The notes beneath the pieces were generated by a model. The model was not told the origin of the DNA. It did no database searches and saw nothing but the letters and a program-made list of their open reading frames with translations. Positions 12,945 to 33,847 of a stretch of 64,000 nt of DNA are shown piece by piece. A program made the position numbers and the translations under genes. This stretch comes from the human T2T-CHM13v2.0 reference genome, Homo sapiens. The DNA lies in assembly GCF_009914755.1 (NCBI RefSeq), contig NC_060939.1. One strand, given 5' to 3'. Within the stretch, counting starts at the first letter, position 1, and each line of letters opens with the position of its first letter.

Positions 12945-13915
12945 TTAAATACATACATTAAATATATAAATACGTATATATGTATTTAATTATATATATT
13001 ATGTATTAAATCTATTAATTATATATTTATATATAATATATATTTATACTCCTTTGCTTGCAATCAAATATAAATATATACACATGTGTATATATACGCG
13101 TATATATACACATGTGTATATGTGTATATATACACGTGTATATACGTGTATATATATACACGTGTATATATACGTGTATGTATATACACGTGTATATATA
13201 CGTGTATGTATACACACGTGTATATATACGTGTATGTATATACACGTGTATATATATGTGTATGTATATACACGTGTATATACACATTTGTGTATGTGGG
13301 GTATATGTATGTGTATACATACATATATCGATATATATGTGTATACATATATATCGATATATATGTATTGTACATATATATCGATATATATGTACAATAC
13401 ATATATATCGATATATATGTACAATACATATATATCGATATATATGTACAATACATATATATCGATATATGTATGTATAAACATATATATCGATATATGT
13501 ATGTATAAACATATATATCGATATATGTATGTATACACATACATATACCCCACATACACAAATGTATAATACATATATATCGATATATATGTACAATACA
13601 TATATATCGATATATATGTATAAACATATATATCGATATATATGTATTATACATATATATCGATATATGTATTATACATATCTCGATATATGTATTATAC
13701 ATATCTCGATATATGTATTATACATATATCGATATATGTATAGATATATGTATAATACATATATCGATGTATATGTATAATACATATATCGATGTATATG
13801 TATTATACAGATATCGATGTATATGTATTATACAGATATACGTATACGTATATATATATAAACACAACGTACACAAATGTATTTATATATACACACTTAC
13901 ACAAATATATATGTA
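12945..13915. repeat. Compound TA-rich minisatellite: 28-bp CACGTG units followed by 25-28-bp ATCGAT-centred palindromic units
   Basis: Units acacgtgtatatatacgtgtatgtatat (13159-13276) and tacatatatatcgatatatatgtacaa (13330-13820) read directly from the sequence. Confidence 0.95.
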
Positions 13916-16604
13916 TCCCTGATTAAGTATCTGAACATTGTTACTTAGATCTCTGAGAGAAATGAGACTGAGTCAGGGTTGAGTTGGGAGAGATTATTTA
14001 TCATTTCCATTTCTGCCTCACTCCTGGTTTCTCTTCTCTTTCTGCAGTAGACTCCTCCTCCTTTTTGACTGCACCAGGTACTCTGAATTGTGGCGTGCAC
14101 GTCTGACAAAGCCATGGCAAAGCACAACTGTCTTTCCAGGAATTAAGCCCTTCCTGTGAATTCATATGTCAATCCAGTTAAATTGTTAAATTCCAACCAC
14201 TTTACTCAAAAGCCATTTATTCAAATATATTTATAAAGCAAGCAACAAAACCACCCACTGTCAGATGCTCACACATATGCATACTTGGACACCTCACCAG
14301 CCCGTGCTGACCTGACAGTAGGCAAGGCTGCTATATTTTACATTACTTGAAATGCAATAATTAATGCCTGTTAAAGGAGGGAAAAAAAGACATCACTACC
14401 GTGCAACAAATTACTGAAATCAGTATGTCTAATTTTTCAAGACTCAGTGCTGAAAGGAAGATCCCTGCTATAAGTTAATATGATGTGGCTGTCGCTACTT
14501 ACACTTGCCAGCACCATGATATCAACAAATGGCTTTTTGTCTTTCTAACAAGGAGACAGTCTTCACTGGAATTCCTAGACAGAGGTGAGCTAGATAATTC
14601 TAGTGGAGATTTTAATCACTTATGTCCTAGTTTTTGAGATTTGCATGTCTTTTTCTAGTTGAATTTAGTTGTTTGGTTTTGGTTTTGAATTCAGGATGAA
14701 ATGCACTCACATATCAGGATTAAGTCCCCTTTTTTTCTCTTTCTGCATAGATCTTCACTTCTGTCTACCCTGGTCGACTATGCAAACTTTAATCCTTTCC
14801 CATGTCTACTGTGATATAAGTAGTATTCTCTTTATTTTTCACTTGAAGGAAAGGGTGTTCCGAGTGGCTGACATTTCCAAATGCAGAAAGTGATTTAAGG
14901 GAGAGGCCAGGCTTGATTCCCTAGCCTCTACCCAATTTCTCCCTCTGGACTCACAATGTGGTTTTATAAAAATAAAAATGTATTAAAAGAATATACTCTT
15001 GGCAGACAGTGAACCCAGTCCTGGAGTTCTAACTGCACAATTTAAATTGACAGCAGTGGGAATTCTTTATACACAAGAGTCAATTAAAATTATGAAATTG
15101 GGCCCAGGGTAGGTTCAGGGACATTAACATTCAAAAACACTTTGACATTTGCAATAGAAGTGGGCCAGGCATTCCCTTCAGGATGCCTCTGAGTTCATCA
15201 TTTAAACTTGCCCCTCTTTTCTCCTGATTTCAAAATAAGGATCTCAATGCCCTCACTTCACCTTCCAGGGCTGATTAGCTAGCTAATGGACCATCTTTCC
15301 ATGTTTTCAGTTTTCTCATATTTCAGTAAATGTACCAGACTTGTATTGCCAGTTGCTCTGCAGAAAACTCTGGTTTCTGAGTTTTTTCCTTAAAACACAA
15401 AAATATTCATCTCTCTTCACTATTTTTTTTAGTAATTGCATGCCCATGTTAATCTTCTAATCACTGACAAAGTTCTAGTCCATTAAAACCGGTACTGCAC
15501 TTTGCTTCCAAATTCCTCCAGCTTCTCAGCTGGAGCCACCTCAGTATCAGGGGCCAGTGAGAAATTGTGTCTCTGAAGCCACAGGTCTCTCCCTGGTCTG
15601 TAGGCACTGATTCCTCTGCCTTGCCAAAGAGAGGAACATCATTTTACCAGCTGCACAGAGACTTTCCACCTGTTGCCTTCTCTTTTCTCTTGTACAGATG
15701 CTTCTTCACCATCTGTACAAATCACTCCATGTGACATGGGGTATGTATTTGAAGTAAGAGGGAAGGACACAGCAGTTCTCCTTCTTGTCTGTTCTAATCT
15801 TCAACACTAATTGGTTAACTATGTTTATTATATTATTATGATATCATACACAGAGAAGTGGAAAGTTTTGAGATGTCAGAAAATGAGTATCGATGAAAAT
15901 GTCAAGACCAACCAGAAACACTTGTGAGTGCGCCTGTGTGTGCGCACCCACACAAGTGTGTGTGATTTACTCATCAGCAACTATTTATTGAGCATTGATA
16001 ACTTTTGTCAGTCATATTGGAGAGCATCACATAAGGATGTATATAATATGGCCATGACCTCCAGGACTTTAGAATTAATTTGCAATTAGGAATCCCATCT
16101 GGTTGCAAAGCAATGAGTAATATATCGCCCAGATTTAGGAAAACTTAATTTCATCAAAGATGAAAAAGCAACTTAGGGCTGTTTCTTGTGAAATGACTCT
16201 TTGCCCTCTCAAGGCAAATAGCAATAAGGCCAAAATTTGCAATAAGAATGCAGTAAATAAAAATCTAGTCCTCTTAAAGCCATCAAAGTTGTGGAAAAGT
16301 CATTGAGTTAGGTACAAATTCTAATCTGACTGCTGCTAAGAGCTGCATGCATCCCAGTGAGTAACAGAAAAGACGTCCCTATCTCTCTCCCTTTCTGTGT
16401 ATATGTACACACATATGTACATATATAGTATAGATTAAAATATTACATAATTTATATTTAAATTATATATAATTATACATAATTATAGGTAACAATAAAA
16501 TTCTATATGTACAATTGTAAATATAATATTTGTTGCTAGTAGAAATTTTAAAAGCTAATTCACTTCTGAAGAAAATCAACTAAATTACCTGGTCTTTTCA
16601 CTAT

Positions 16605-17466
<862 letters not shown>

Positions 17467-17561
17467 ATATATGCAGTATACAAAACTATTTTTTAACAAA
17501 ATAAGGATTATAAGTACCTTTTTTTTTTTAACAATTCTTAATTTGCTAGTCTTTGAAAAGC

Positions 17562-17689
17562 TTTTTGTTTGTTTGTTTTTGGTTTGTTTTTGTTTTTGTT
17601 TTTTTGAGACGAGGTCTCCCTCTATCACCCAGGCTGGAGTGCCGTGGCATGATCACGGCTGACTGCAACCTCCGCCTCTCTGGCTCAAG
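17562..17689 (-). mobile_element. 5'-truncated Alu (3' ~85 bp plus tail)
   Basis: (TTTG)n tail then gagacgaggtctccctctatcacccaggctggagtg...ctggctcaag. Confidence 0.85.
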
Positions 17690-18199
17690 AGAACAGATGA
17701 TTTTTAATGCCTGCTTAGTATTGTATTGTACAAATGTTATTCCCTTTAAAAATATATAAAATGCCTAAATTAAACAAAAATTTCGTGCTTGACAATTTAC
17801 ATAGTATACCACAAAATTGTCTTACTGTAATTTTTATTCATGCAACAGACATTCCACAAGTTATATAGTATTTTGCTGATTATAAACATGAGAGAACAAA
17901 ATTCAGAAGGATTACAGCACAGCACTAATTGACAATACTAGAAATTCATTCCATGTATTTAGTTTTGTTTATGCTATGCGGTCTGATATCTCTTTTAGCA
18001 TTGAAGTTCTTTAGGGTCTAGCTTGTCTTTTTATATACAGTATATATTAAAATCCAGTTTTTATATTATAATTTTGCTAATAAATATATCCATGTTTCCT
18101 AAATCTCACGTCAAATTAAAAATTCCTCTGCAGTGGTTTAGGACTGCAAGTGTGGCAAGATAATTTATTGTATTATGATATTGTATTATGATAACAGTA

Positions 18200-18440
18200 T
18201 AAAATGTAAGACAATATAGACTTGGGTGCCAGGCAGCCTGGGTTAGAATCCTGGCTCCACCACTTAATTGTTTGGGTGGACATAGGCATTTTAATGAATG
18301 TATTTGTTCCTCAGTTTCTCGTCGTGAAAATACAGAAGGTGGCATTTTTCACAATATTGTTGCCATATTAATTAAACATATGTAAAGTGTTACAAATGGT
18401 GCCTGGGGCTCAGTGATGGATGCGCTAGCAGTTAGTATTT
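18200..18440 (+). mobile_element. MIR SINE
   Basis: cctgggttagaatcctggctccaccactta...cctcagtttctc...atgtaaagtgtt. Confidence 0.75.
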
Positions 18441-19908
18441 TTCCTCTTTCCCTATTTAAATCAAATAGCCAGAATTTGTTCTCCTTTGTTGCTTAGTAGA
18501 TGCATGCAGTCAATGGAATTTCCCAATCTTTCAGAAAATCTCTACTGATTGAAGATATTAAGTTAGATGGTCCAAAGAGAGAGGAGACAGGGGGATTCCT
18601 TGGAGGGCTTCAGGAAGGGAGAAGAGAGCTGGGCAAACTCTTTTTTGTTGTGGGAACAATTCTCATACTTGGGCATTGTACTGGGAAAACACCTAGGTGG
18701 AATAAAGAAAGAAATGCCCCACATGTTCTAAGACAGCGGGACCTTTGCAACATCCTGGAACATTGAGGAGAACCAGTCCCCTCTGAGGTTGAATTTCCCA
18801 CCAACTGAATGCGAAGGGACTCTGAAACATACTTAATTGGATTTAAAGACAATTTTAAAAATCACATTTTCCACACTAGAGATTTGGTTTAGAAATTCCT
18901 ACTTGCTAAATAAGCTAAAACTTTCATATTTGGCAACAAACTCAATTTCTAAAGACATTGCAAATTGTCTCATGTCTAACACACAGGTGAGTGCAGTGGT
19001 TTGAACACTGGAGCTAGAATTATACACCTCGCGCGTGATGCTGATTCCTTCCGTGACCTCCAGGGAATGACCTGGCTGCTCCCTGGTTCCTTTCTCCATC
19101 CACTGACCGAATACAAATGTCCACTTCCCACAGGATAGGAATCACCTTGTCTCTGGGACCTCACATAAAGAGTCCTGTGCATATCCGAAATGGAATTGTC
19201 TAAATAAGGGTGTCTAAAATGAATTCAGGTTCTTCCACATGGAATTACCACAGGGATTCCCTCATGAATTTGGATAAAGAGAGAAAGACAAAAGGCAGTG
19301 AACAACTTTGTAGGCTCAAGTAGTGTCCTAGGGCCGGCTGAGGAAATATACTGGTACAATCATCAGGCTTCCTCTTGACTTCAGGATTTATTATTTGTTA
19401 TTCAATAAATTTTAAACATATAAGAAGTGCTGCTAAGTGTCACACAATGCAGTGGCTTACTTTCAATGTCACGTTAAAAGAAATACATGAAGAATATGAG
19501 CCTTAGGAAATAATAACAGGATAACACCTATGTATTTACCCCAAAGTGAATCTGCCCATGAAGTGGTGCCCGTTAAATTCAGTTCAGAGAAATAAAAGCA
19601 GTGGAATCAAGATTTTTATAGTTGTCACTCCCTGTAAAACATAATTTCTGGGATTTTGATATCATCTATTAAAGACAAAGTCAAGCAAAAACATGTAAAA
19701 AGAGTTTCATTTAAATCGATGGCAGCAAATTGTACCTTCATGATTATTGTTATGGTTAATTCATTTTGTTGCCAATAAAGCTTGGCCTCTGGCCTCAAAA
19801 GCCCACACTACCCCACTTCCAATCTCCAGATCAAGGGCCGAGGGTCTCAGGCGCATGCTGGTCCAGGGAGTTTCAGTTCTGATGGAGTGGAGGCATTAAC
19901 GCTGCAGG

Positions 19909-23132
<3,224 letters not shown>

Positions 23133-23369
23133 CCTTCCTTGTTTTACTCAAGGGAAATGATTGGGGTGAGAAAATGTATTTCAGTGAATCCTTGCGTATT
23201 TGAAGAATATTTTTCTTTATAAGGTCTATACATTCTGAAAAAAAACCCACTTTATTAAAAGTAAATATTTTGAAAGATACAAACTACAACAATTGTTAAA
23301 AATGAAGGATTCTGATGAGCTGTATACTCTGCTTCACCGAGAAGCATGTGCTGCATGAGATGGACGCAG

Positions 23370-23550
23370 ATAGAGATGCAGGCCGAGGAGCGCGGGGGAT
23401 TTTATTCCCCTCAGAGCCTGCTGACGATATCATCCCTGCCCACCCCTTGATCTTGAACTTCTGGCCCTAGAAGTATGAGAGAATACAGTTCTGTTATTTT
23501 AGGCCACCAAGTTTGTGGTATTTATTATAGCAGTCCTAGGCAATGAATAT
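23370..23550 (+). mobile_element. MLT1 (MaLR) LTR 3' fragment
   Basis: ccttgatcttgaacttctggcc...ttctgttattttaggccaccaagtttgtggtatttattatagcagtcctagg. Confidence 0.75.
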
Positions 23551-24004
23551 TCTAAATACTCTCAGGTGAGATATTATCATGTTTTTTTCTTATTCATTAT
23601 GAAAAAAAAAGTTGAAATGTGAACATGTCAATTGGCCCCTCAATTTCTTTTTGGAATGAGGTGGGTTATTTCTAATAAATAAAATTCAATGGGCTGTGTG
23701 TCTCTGTCCTAAAAAATTGTGTTTAATTTTGTGTACCTATTTTATTAAGTATAATTAAAGAGTAATTTGTGCATTTCAACAAGCTACATTTCCATTTCCT
23801 AAGTCTAGGTGTCTCTCAGCAATTTGGAAATTATCAGCAAATCAATTAAATCATAAGTCTATAAATTTAGAGTTATAATTCAGAGAGCAGCAGGGTTTAA
23901 AATGAAATATCTAAGGCTATGAATCTAGCATTTTATGTCAAAGACAGTTAAGCAGTTCAGTTGAGGAGACTTCTACACAGCGTAACTGTTAAGATGGGGG
24001 AACT

Positions 24005-24238
24005 CAGAGGACTCTAGAATCTTTCTGTCTGAATCAAAATTCGGGCTCCATTATTTTTAGCTGTGAGAACATAGACAAGTCAATTAACCTCTCTGCTTCA
24101 ATTCCCATTTTGGTAAATATGGAAATAGTGCCTATTTCATTGGGCTATTGTAAGGATTAAATGTGTGAGTACATGTAAAGCACTTCATAACAGCACCCAG
24201 CATGAATTAAGCACTGGATAAATATTAAGTATTATTAG
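24005..24238 (+). mobile_element. MIR SINE
   Basis: agctgtgag...acaagtcaattaacctctctg...ttgtaaggattaaatg...atgtaaagcactt. Confidence 0.8.
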
Positions 24239-24454
24239 GTTGACTATGTAATTTACCTTGCACACCTGGAGAATTATGAGTGTGCATAACACACTACTAT
24301 CATTGGCCCTGAAATCATCTAGGGAAGCCCGAACCATGCGATAACCGGCGTTTTAGTAGATGTACGGACTGAAAGAGTTCGTCTTAAAGGGTCTAACATA
24401 ATTATGGGTACAGTCTCATTTACTCTTTTAGAAAGTCCTTATGGAATTCTAAAT

Positions 24455-24855
24455 CTGCTGTCCCTTACCTGTAATTCTGAAATTCAAAATTCGTTGAACT
24501 CCAAAAGTTTTGCTATCTTTTGTTTGTTTATTTGTTTTGTTTTTCATAAAACTGTTAAACAGTAAACTGGGACAACTTAATATTCTCTGTTTTATTTGCT
24601 AAGACTATTGTTGTGCTCCACAGCCTGCAATATTAATGTATTTAACTCAGGGGGCAGCCTGAAGCCCAGTTAGGTACACTTTAATACCCTTCATATATAT
24701 ATACACACATATATATACACATTTTAGAGTGTGTTATAAGTTTAGAATACACACACACACGTGCACACACACACACATACACACACATATATATATATTC
24801 TAAACTTATAACACACTCTAAAGAAGGTTTCTGTTAAGGAAATGTGAACTTGTAC
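24455..24855. mobile_element. Degenerate TcMar-Tigger-like MITE relic containing a CA/TA microsatellite
   Basis: Terminal-like tcccttacc...aattctgaaattcaaaa and ggtttctgttaaggaaatgtgaacttgTA; family not resolved. Confidence 0.4.
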
Positions 24856-25828
24856 TTGGGTTTATTTACATGTGACAAACAACAATTTTTGTTATATTTC
24901 TATTATATAAATTTGCCTATTTACGGGACATTTTAATAATTAAAAATAAGTTAGACCAAGTCTGCATCAAAAAACTTAAATTAGTGCAGGAGATAGGCAC
25001 ATGAGTTCTTACCTGTGATATAAAACATATTGCACAGCTGTTCAATGGAAATGCAAATACTGAGCTTTGGGCATGGGAACATATGAGGGAGGACTGAATG
25101 AAAGAGGAGCCATCTCACCCATGTTGAAATTCACCTAAGTCTTGAAATGGACTTAATTAGGATTTTATTGGTTCCATAAAAAGTTGGTGGTGGGGAAATT
25201 TTGGGTTTAGGAGACTGAAAACACATGATATATCCATGTCCTGGCAAGTGGTATGACGGAAGCAAAAGACAATGGCTGGTGGTTAACATCTACTGGAAAG
25301 ATTAATTTCTGATGCTGGGGAGAAAAACATTATTTCAACTCTCTTAGAAGACAATTCCTTCCTCTTTTAATTGAGAGATAAAAAGGGATTAGTAGACATT
25401 GTGTGTGAAATATTTATTTTCTAGTAAAATCACACATTTTGAATGGCAGACTGTGGTGTCTCAGATTTGATCCCTTGGGACTGCAGAGAGATAAATAACA
25501 CAAGTGTAAAACATTAAGAGCCTGGGGCCACCATCATTTCTTGGAAGATATGGGGAATTTAATGAGCAACATTGCTTCTCAGGATGGAGAGAGCGTAAGG
25601 TAACCTCCTCATCTGTTACAGTGACCCAGTGAGAGCCGAAGTCTTCGGAGGTGAAGGGGTGGCTTTCTGTTTTTGGAAACATTAAAGCATCCCAGTTCCT
25701 GCCTAGTAAATACAGTATATAAGAGGATGCTTTATCTATTGTACCAAGGATATCTATGTGCTCGAAGCCCAGATTGCCTTACAGTCACTGATATTGGTCC
25801 ACATATGTCATGCATTGTAATCTGAGTT

Positions 25829-25954
25829 GAGAAAGAAGAAAGAAAAGAAAGAAAGAAAAGAAAGAAAGAAAGAAAGAGAAAGAAGAAAGAAAGAAAGAAA
25901 GAAAGAAAGAAGGAAGGAAGGAAGGAAGGAAGGAAGGAAGGAAGGAAGGAAGGA

Positions 25955-26006
<52 letters not shown>

Positions 26007-26009
26007 AAA
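25829..26009. repeat. (GAAA)n-(GGAA)n-(GAAA)n compound STR
   Basis: ~180 bp of uninterrupted purines read directly. Confidence 0.98.
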
Positions 26010-26011
26010 CG

Positions 26012-26339
26012 GGCTAGGTGTAGTGGCTCATGACTGTAACCCCAGCACTTTGGGAGGCCAAGGCAAGGCATGTGGCTCACAAGGTCAGGAGTTCGAGACC
26101 CGCCTGGCCAATATGGTGAAACCCTGTCTCTACTAAAAATACAAAAGTTAGCGGGGTGTGGTGATGGTCACCTGTAATCTCAGCTACTCACGAGGCTGAG
26201 GCAGGAAAATTGCTCAAACCCGGGAGGTGGAGGTTGCAGTGAGCCAAGATCACGCCACTGCACTACAGCCTGGGCGACAGAGTGAGGCTCTGCCTCAAAA
26301 CAAAAAAACAAAACAAAACAAAAACAAACAAAAAACAAA
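26012..26339 (+). mobile_element. AluS (Sg-like)
   Basis: Full Alu; tcacaaggtcaggagttcgagacc (2-nt deletion type); (CAAAA)n tail. Confidence 0.9.
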
Positions 26340-26666
26340 TATATGCATTAGCTGAACCTTTTTCAATTTGAAGGGTTTTCATTTAACTTAAAAAGTATTA
26401 ATAAGATTAATAAGGTCATGGGTATGATAATTGAGTATTCAGTATTGAAATCAAGGTGTCTTAAAGAATCCTGAAGATGCATGCAGCATGATCTCAAAAG
26501 GAGTTGCCACTGGGAATTAGAAAACCCAGACTCTTTCTTGTCTGCATCAACTTCTTTCTTTTGTCTGGGCAAACTGGCTGTCTTTGCCTCTCAGTCCTCA
26601 TGGTGAAAGATAGCTGACCTATGTGTCCAAATTGCATCAGTCTTTCACCATCAGCTACACTCAAGA

Positions 26667-27025
26667 TGTTAGTTTGGCTCTGTGTCCCCACTCAAATCTC
26701 ATTTCAAATTGTAATCCCCACATGTTGAAAGAGAGATCTGGTGCAAGGTGATTGGATCATGGGGGCCGTTTCCCCCATGCCGTTCTTGTGATAGTGAGCA
26801 AATTCTCACGAGAGCTGATGGTTTTAAAGTGTGGCACTTCTCACTGTCTCATGCCTGCTGTCATGTAAGATGTGCTTTGCTTCCCCTTCGCCTTCCGCTA
26901 TGATTGTAAGTTTCCTGAGGCCTCCCTGGTCATGCGGAACTGTATGTCAATTAAACCTCTTTTTCTTTACAAATTACCCAGTCTCAAGTAGTATCTTTAT
27001 AGCAGTGTGAAAATGGACTAATACA
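26667..27025 (+). mobile_element. THE1D (MaLR) solo LTR
   Basis: TG...tttggctctgtgtccccac...catgcggaactg...aattaaacctctt...tgaaaatggactaataCA; perfect 5-bp TSD CAAGA (26662-66, 27026-30). Confidence 0.92.
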
Positions 27026-27389
27026 CAAGATTAACTAGTTTTCTCTGAATACCATTCTCAAAATCTGGAGAGAGCTCATCCAGCTGCTTCAGTTAGGTTG
27101 ACACTAGTGGAAGCCCTGAAACTAGTCAGCTTTGCCAGAGGCATGGAGGGCAGGATAGTATCATGTAAATATGTCTATTCATCTGCTTACAGATATATGG
27201 AAGGCAGAGAAGATGTTTGAGGCGGCTAGACATCTGAATAGTACCTTGCAAAGTATTAACTAAAAGTATATTTTAAAATTATTTGCTTATTTGCTTATTA
27301 GGAGGTGTGATACTAAAAGTACATTTTATCTTTTGCAGAATCCTCACGGTGTTTCTAAGTCGATTTATTGTGAATTGTTGCTGGTGACC

Positions 27390-27640
27390 TCAGGTTTTGG
27401 TGGCGGACAAACCTGAATGCCATTCTGGCTCTGTTATTGTGGGCTGTGTATTTTTGACCAAAGTCTTTAATCCATTATAGTCTCAGTTTCCTCATCTGTA
27501 AAATGATAAAAACTGCATCCACCATATAGGGTTCTAACATGAATAAAATGAGAAAATGCAAATAATCCACCAAACTAAAATACTCGACACGTACGTGGCA
27601 AAATGTAAGCACACAATAAACAGTAATTATTAAAAATATT
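27390..27640 (+). mobile_element. MIR SINE
   Basis: tctcagtttcctcatctgtaaaatg...ataaaatgaga...gcacacaataaa. Confidence 0.8.
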
Positions 27641-30220
27641 ATTTATTTTACATACATTTTATGATTGCAATAAATTATTGCACCCAAGAGTACTAGCATT
27701 GGCGTTGTACATCATGATCACCTTATGGGGGTTGCTTATGCTAGTAGGATCTGATTGGCTCACACTAATTCTATTCCCTGTCTATGTCTATTGTAGAACT
27801 CATCCTAGAAATAAAGGAAAATAAACGATAATAAAATGGAAGAGTCACTTTGGCAGGCAAGCACAGGCTGCAATCCATATTTTCCTGTTAAATATTGCAA
27901 GAAAAGCAGATCGTCAAAATTCAGATAGAAACCGAAATCCCCAATCCACTCTATTGACTCACTGACATTATCACAAAGGGAGTGTGTGATGACCCTTCAC
28001 CAAATGAGCTCGACCCAGAGCGTGAAGGAGATAACATCGAGTAAGCATTTTTTAAAGGGAAAATGTCTTTTACACTCAATAAGCTTTGAGCTATGACCAA
28101 AAAAAAAAAAAAAAAAGAAAGAAAGAATAAAAGATAGAAAGGACAGGCATAACCACTGGTTTCTGTTGCTTTGTGCTACAGGATGCAGTGCCAAGACAAA
28201 TCATCAGGTCTTGGGGTGAATGTTTAGTTATCATGGATGATGCGTGCCGTCGGCCACAGTGACAGATTGTTGCTAGTACTGGTCCTGAGTGTGACTAATA
28301 AGGCTGCTCGTCTATGACAGAGTGGGAATGGCACCACTAAGAGTGAAAGGAGGCGATTCTACTAAAATCCATTAAGGTTGTTCCTTGGTGGGAAAAAATG
28401 GTATAAGTAAGTACCAGGAGTAGAAGAGTCAGTTCACAAGCTTTAGCCACATTGATCAAAGATGGCCAGGTTCCACTCAGCAGAAGGGTCCTCTTAACAA
28501 TGAACAAGCCCGGATTTCTCCTCTCCTTCCACAATGACATATGTTCATTAAGCAGCACTATGTATGCACAAGTGCATATGCTTGCATGTATTTTTATCTA
28601 TATGAATAAAAGAAAAAATTAATATGATAATAAATTTGCCATTGAGTACATGTTTGTTTTAAAATTTGTCAAATCTCAGGTTCAAAAAGAAAAAAAGAGA
28701 GAGAGGGTCAATCTCTGGCCTATTAACAGATGTGTCTAACATTTAGATACTAGAGCCAGAGTTTTATATGACACAGAATGAAAATATATTCTCCTATGAC
28801 AGTATATCACTCATCACCATTAAAATGCAATAAAACTGTACAACGGGAAAAAGGAAACACTTGAAAAGTTGGATGAGGCTGGGCCATATATTAAGAGTTA
28901 GGATCTGAGAGTTATGTTTCTGATTAAGCAAGTATCAGAAGACTTAACGAGGGTAAGATATATCCTTTTCCATCTTTCAGAGGTTCAGATATTGGAATGT
29001 GTCCTTCTAAAATCACACAACTCTTGTTATTGATACCCGATTCAGACACACTGACAGCACAGAACTTGCTACTCTATTAGAAGGCAAAATAGTAGGTACT
29101 TGCAAGGTGCTGTTACTGATCAGTTGCCTTGTGTAATCGATGTGGACTTTTCAATACTATCTTGAGAAATGTCAATACTATCTTAACGCAATTGCCTCTC
29201 AAGGGTGGTAAAGTCTTGTAAAACAAAACCTTTAGTGACAACATTATCATTCATGAGGATCTATCTACAAGATGCTAGTTGAGTATCTATTTGTTCCAGA
29301 TAAGATTCTCTGCCTAGAGTAAATAGAAACCTATTGGTCCAGACCTTTAATTTTATGCTGATACTGTGGAATCATTTCCTTTAGAAATAATTATTATTTT
29401 ACTATATTTACTTGTCTCTCTTTTTTTCTAGGTTCAGTTAGGATAATTTTGCAATGGAAATAATAATCTACACCTCTATGACAATTTACAGTTTGCAAAG
29501 TATTGTTTGGTTTCATTTGAGCATTACAGGTTTTAAAATACATTGGACTCTTCCAATACTTTTCCCTTTTCTTTTTATCCAAGAGGTAATTAACGTCTGG
29601 GAGAAAGGATGGAGAAACATAGAGGATCCCCATGCTCAACGAATAGAGTGAGTGGTCTGAGATTTAGGATTTGCTCCCTGTTAGGGTAAATGCTGGGGCA
29701 CGTAAAGTGTTAATTGCATGTATTTCTACTTTTCTTTTTTTTATTTTATTATTATTATACTTTAAGTTTTAGGGTACATGTGCACAATGTGCAGGTTAGT
29801 TACATATGTATACATGAGCCATGCTGGTGTGCTGCACCCATTAACTCGTCACTTAGCATTAGGTATATCTCCTAATGCTATCCCTCCCCCCTACCCCCAC
29901 CCCACAACAGTCCCCAGAGTGTGATGTTCCCCTTCCTGTGTCCATGTGTTCTCATTGTTCAATTCCCACCTATGAGTGAGAATATGCGGTGTTTGGTTTT
30001 TTGTTCTTGCGATAGTTTACTGAGAATGATGATTTCCAATTTCATCCATGTCCCTACAAAAGGACATGAACTCATCATTTTTTATGGCTGCATAGTATTC
30101 CATGGTGTATATGTGCCACATTTTCTTAATCCAGTCTATCATTGTTGGACATTTGGGTTGATTCCAAGTCTTTGCTATTGTGAATAGTGCCGCAATAAAC
30201 ATATGTGTGCATGTGTCTTT

Positions 30221-33799
<3,579 letters not shown>

Positions 33800-33847
33800 T
33801 TATTTTGCTCGTTAGTTGATGCAGTTTATTCCTAGCCTCGATGGTTT

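Noticed and set aside
13330-13820. Regularly spaced palindromic repeats superficially resembling a CRISPR array
   Set aside because: There are no unique spacers or cas genes and the context is primate DNA; it is a minisatellite.
13027-13922. Eight overlapping Y/I/H/C-rich ORFs of up to 212 aa
   Set aside because: These are translations of a TA-rich satellite that lacks stop codons in several frames, not genes.
14020-14085. Isolated plus-strand splice-acceptor-like sites (also ~27338, ~61441, ~62939, ~63873)
   Set aside because: They cannot be linked into a coherent exon chain or ORF without transcript data.
25808-26080. K/E/R-rich and F/L/S-rich ORFs (similarly 40478-40927)
   Set aside because: Translations of GAAA/GGAA simple repeats.
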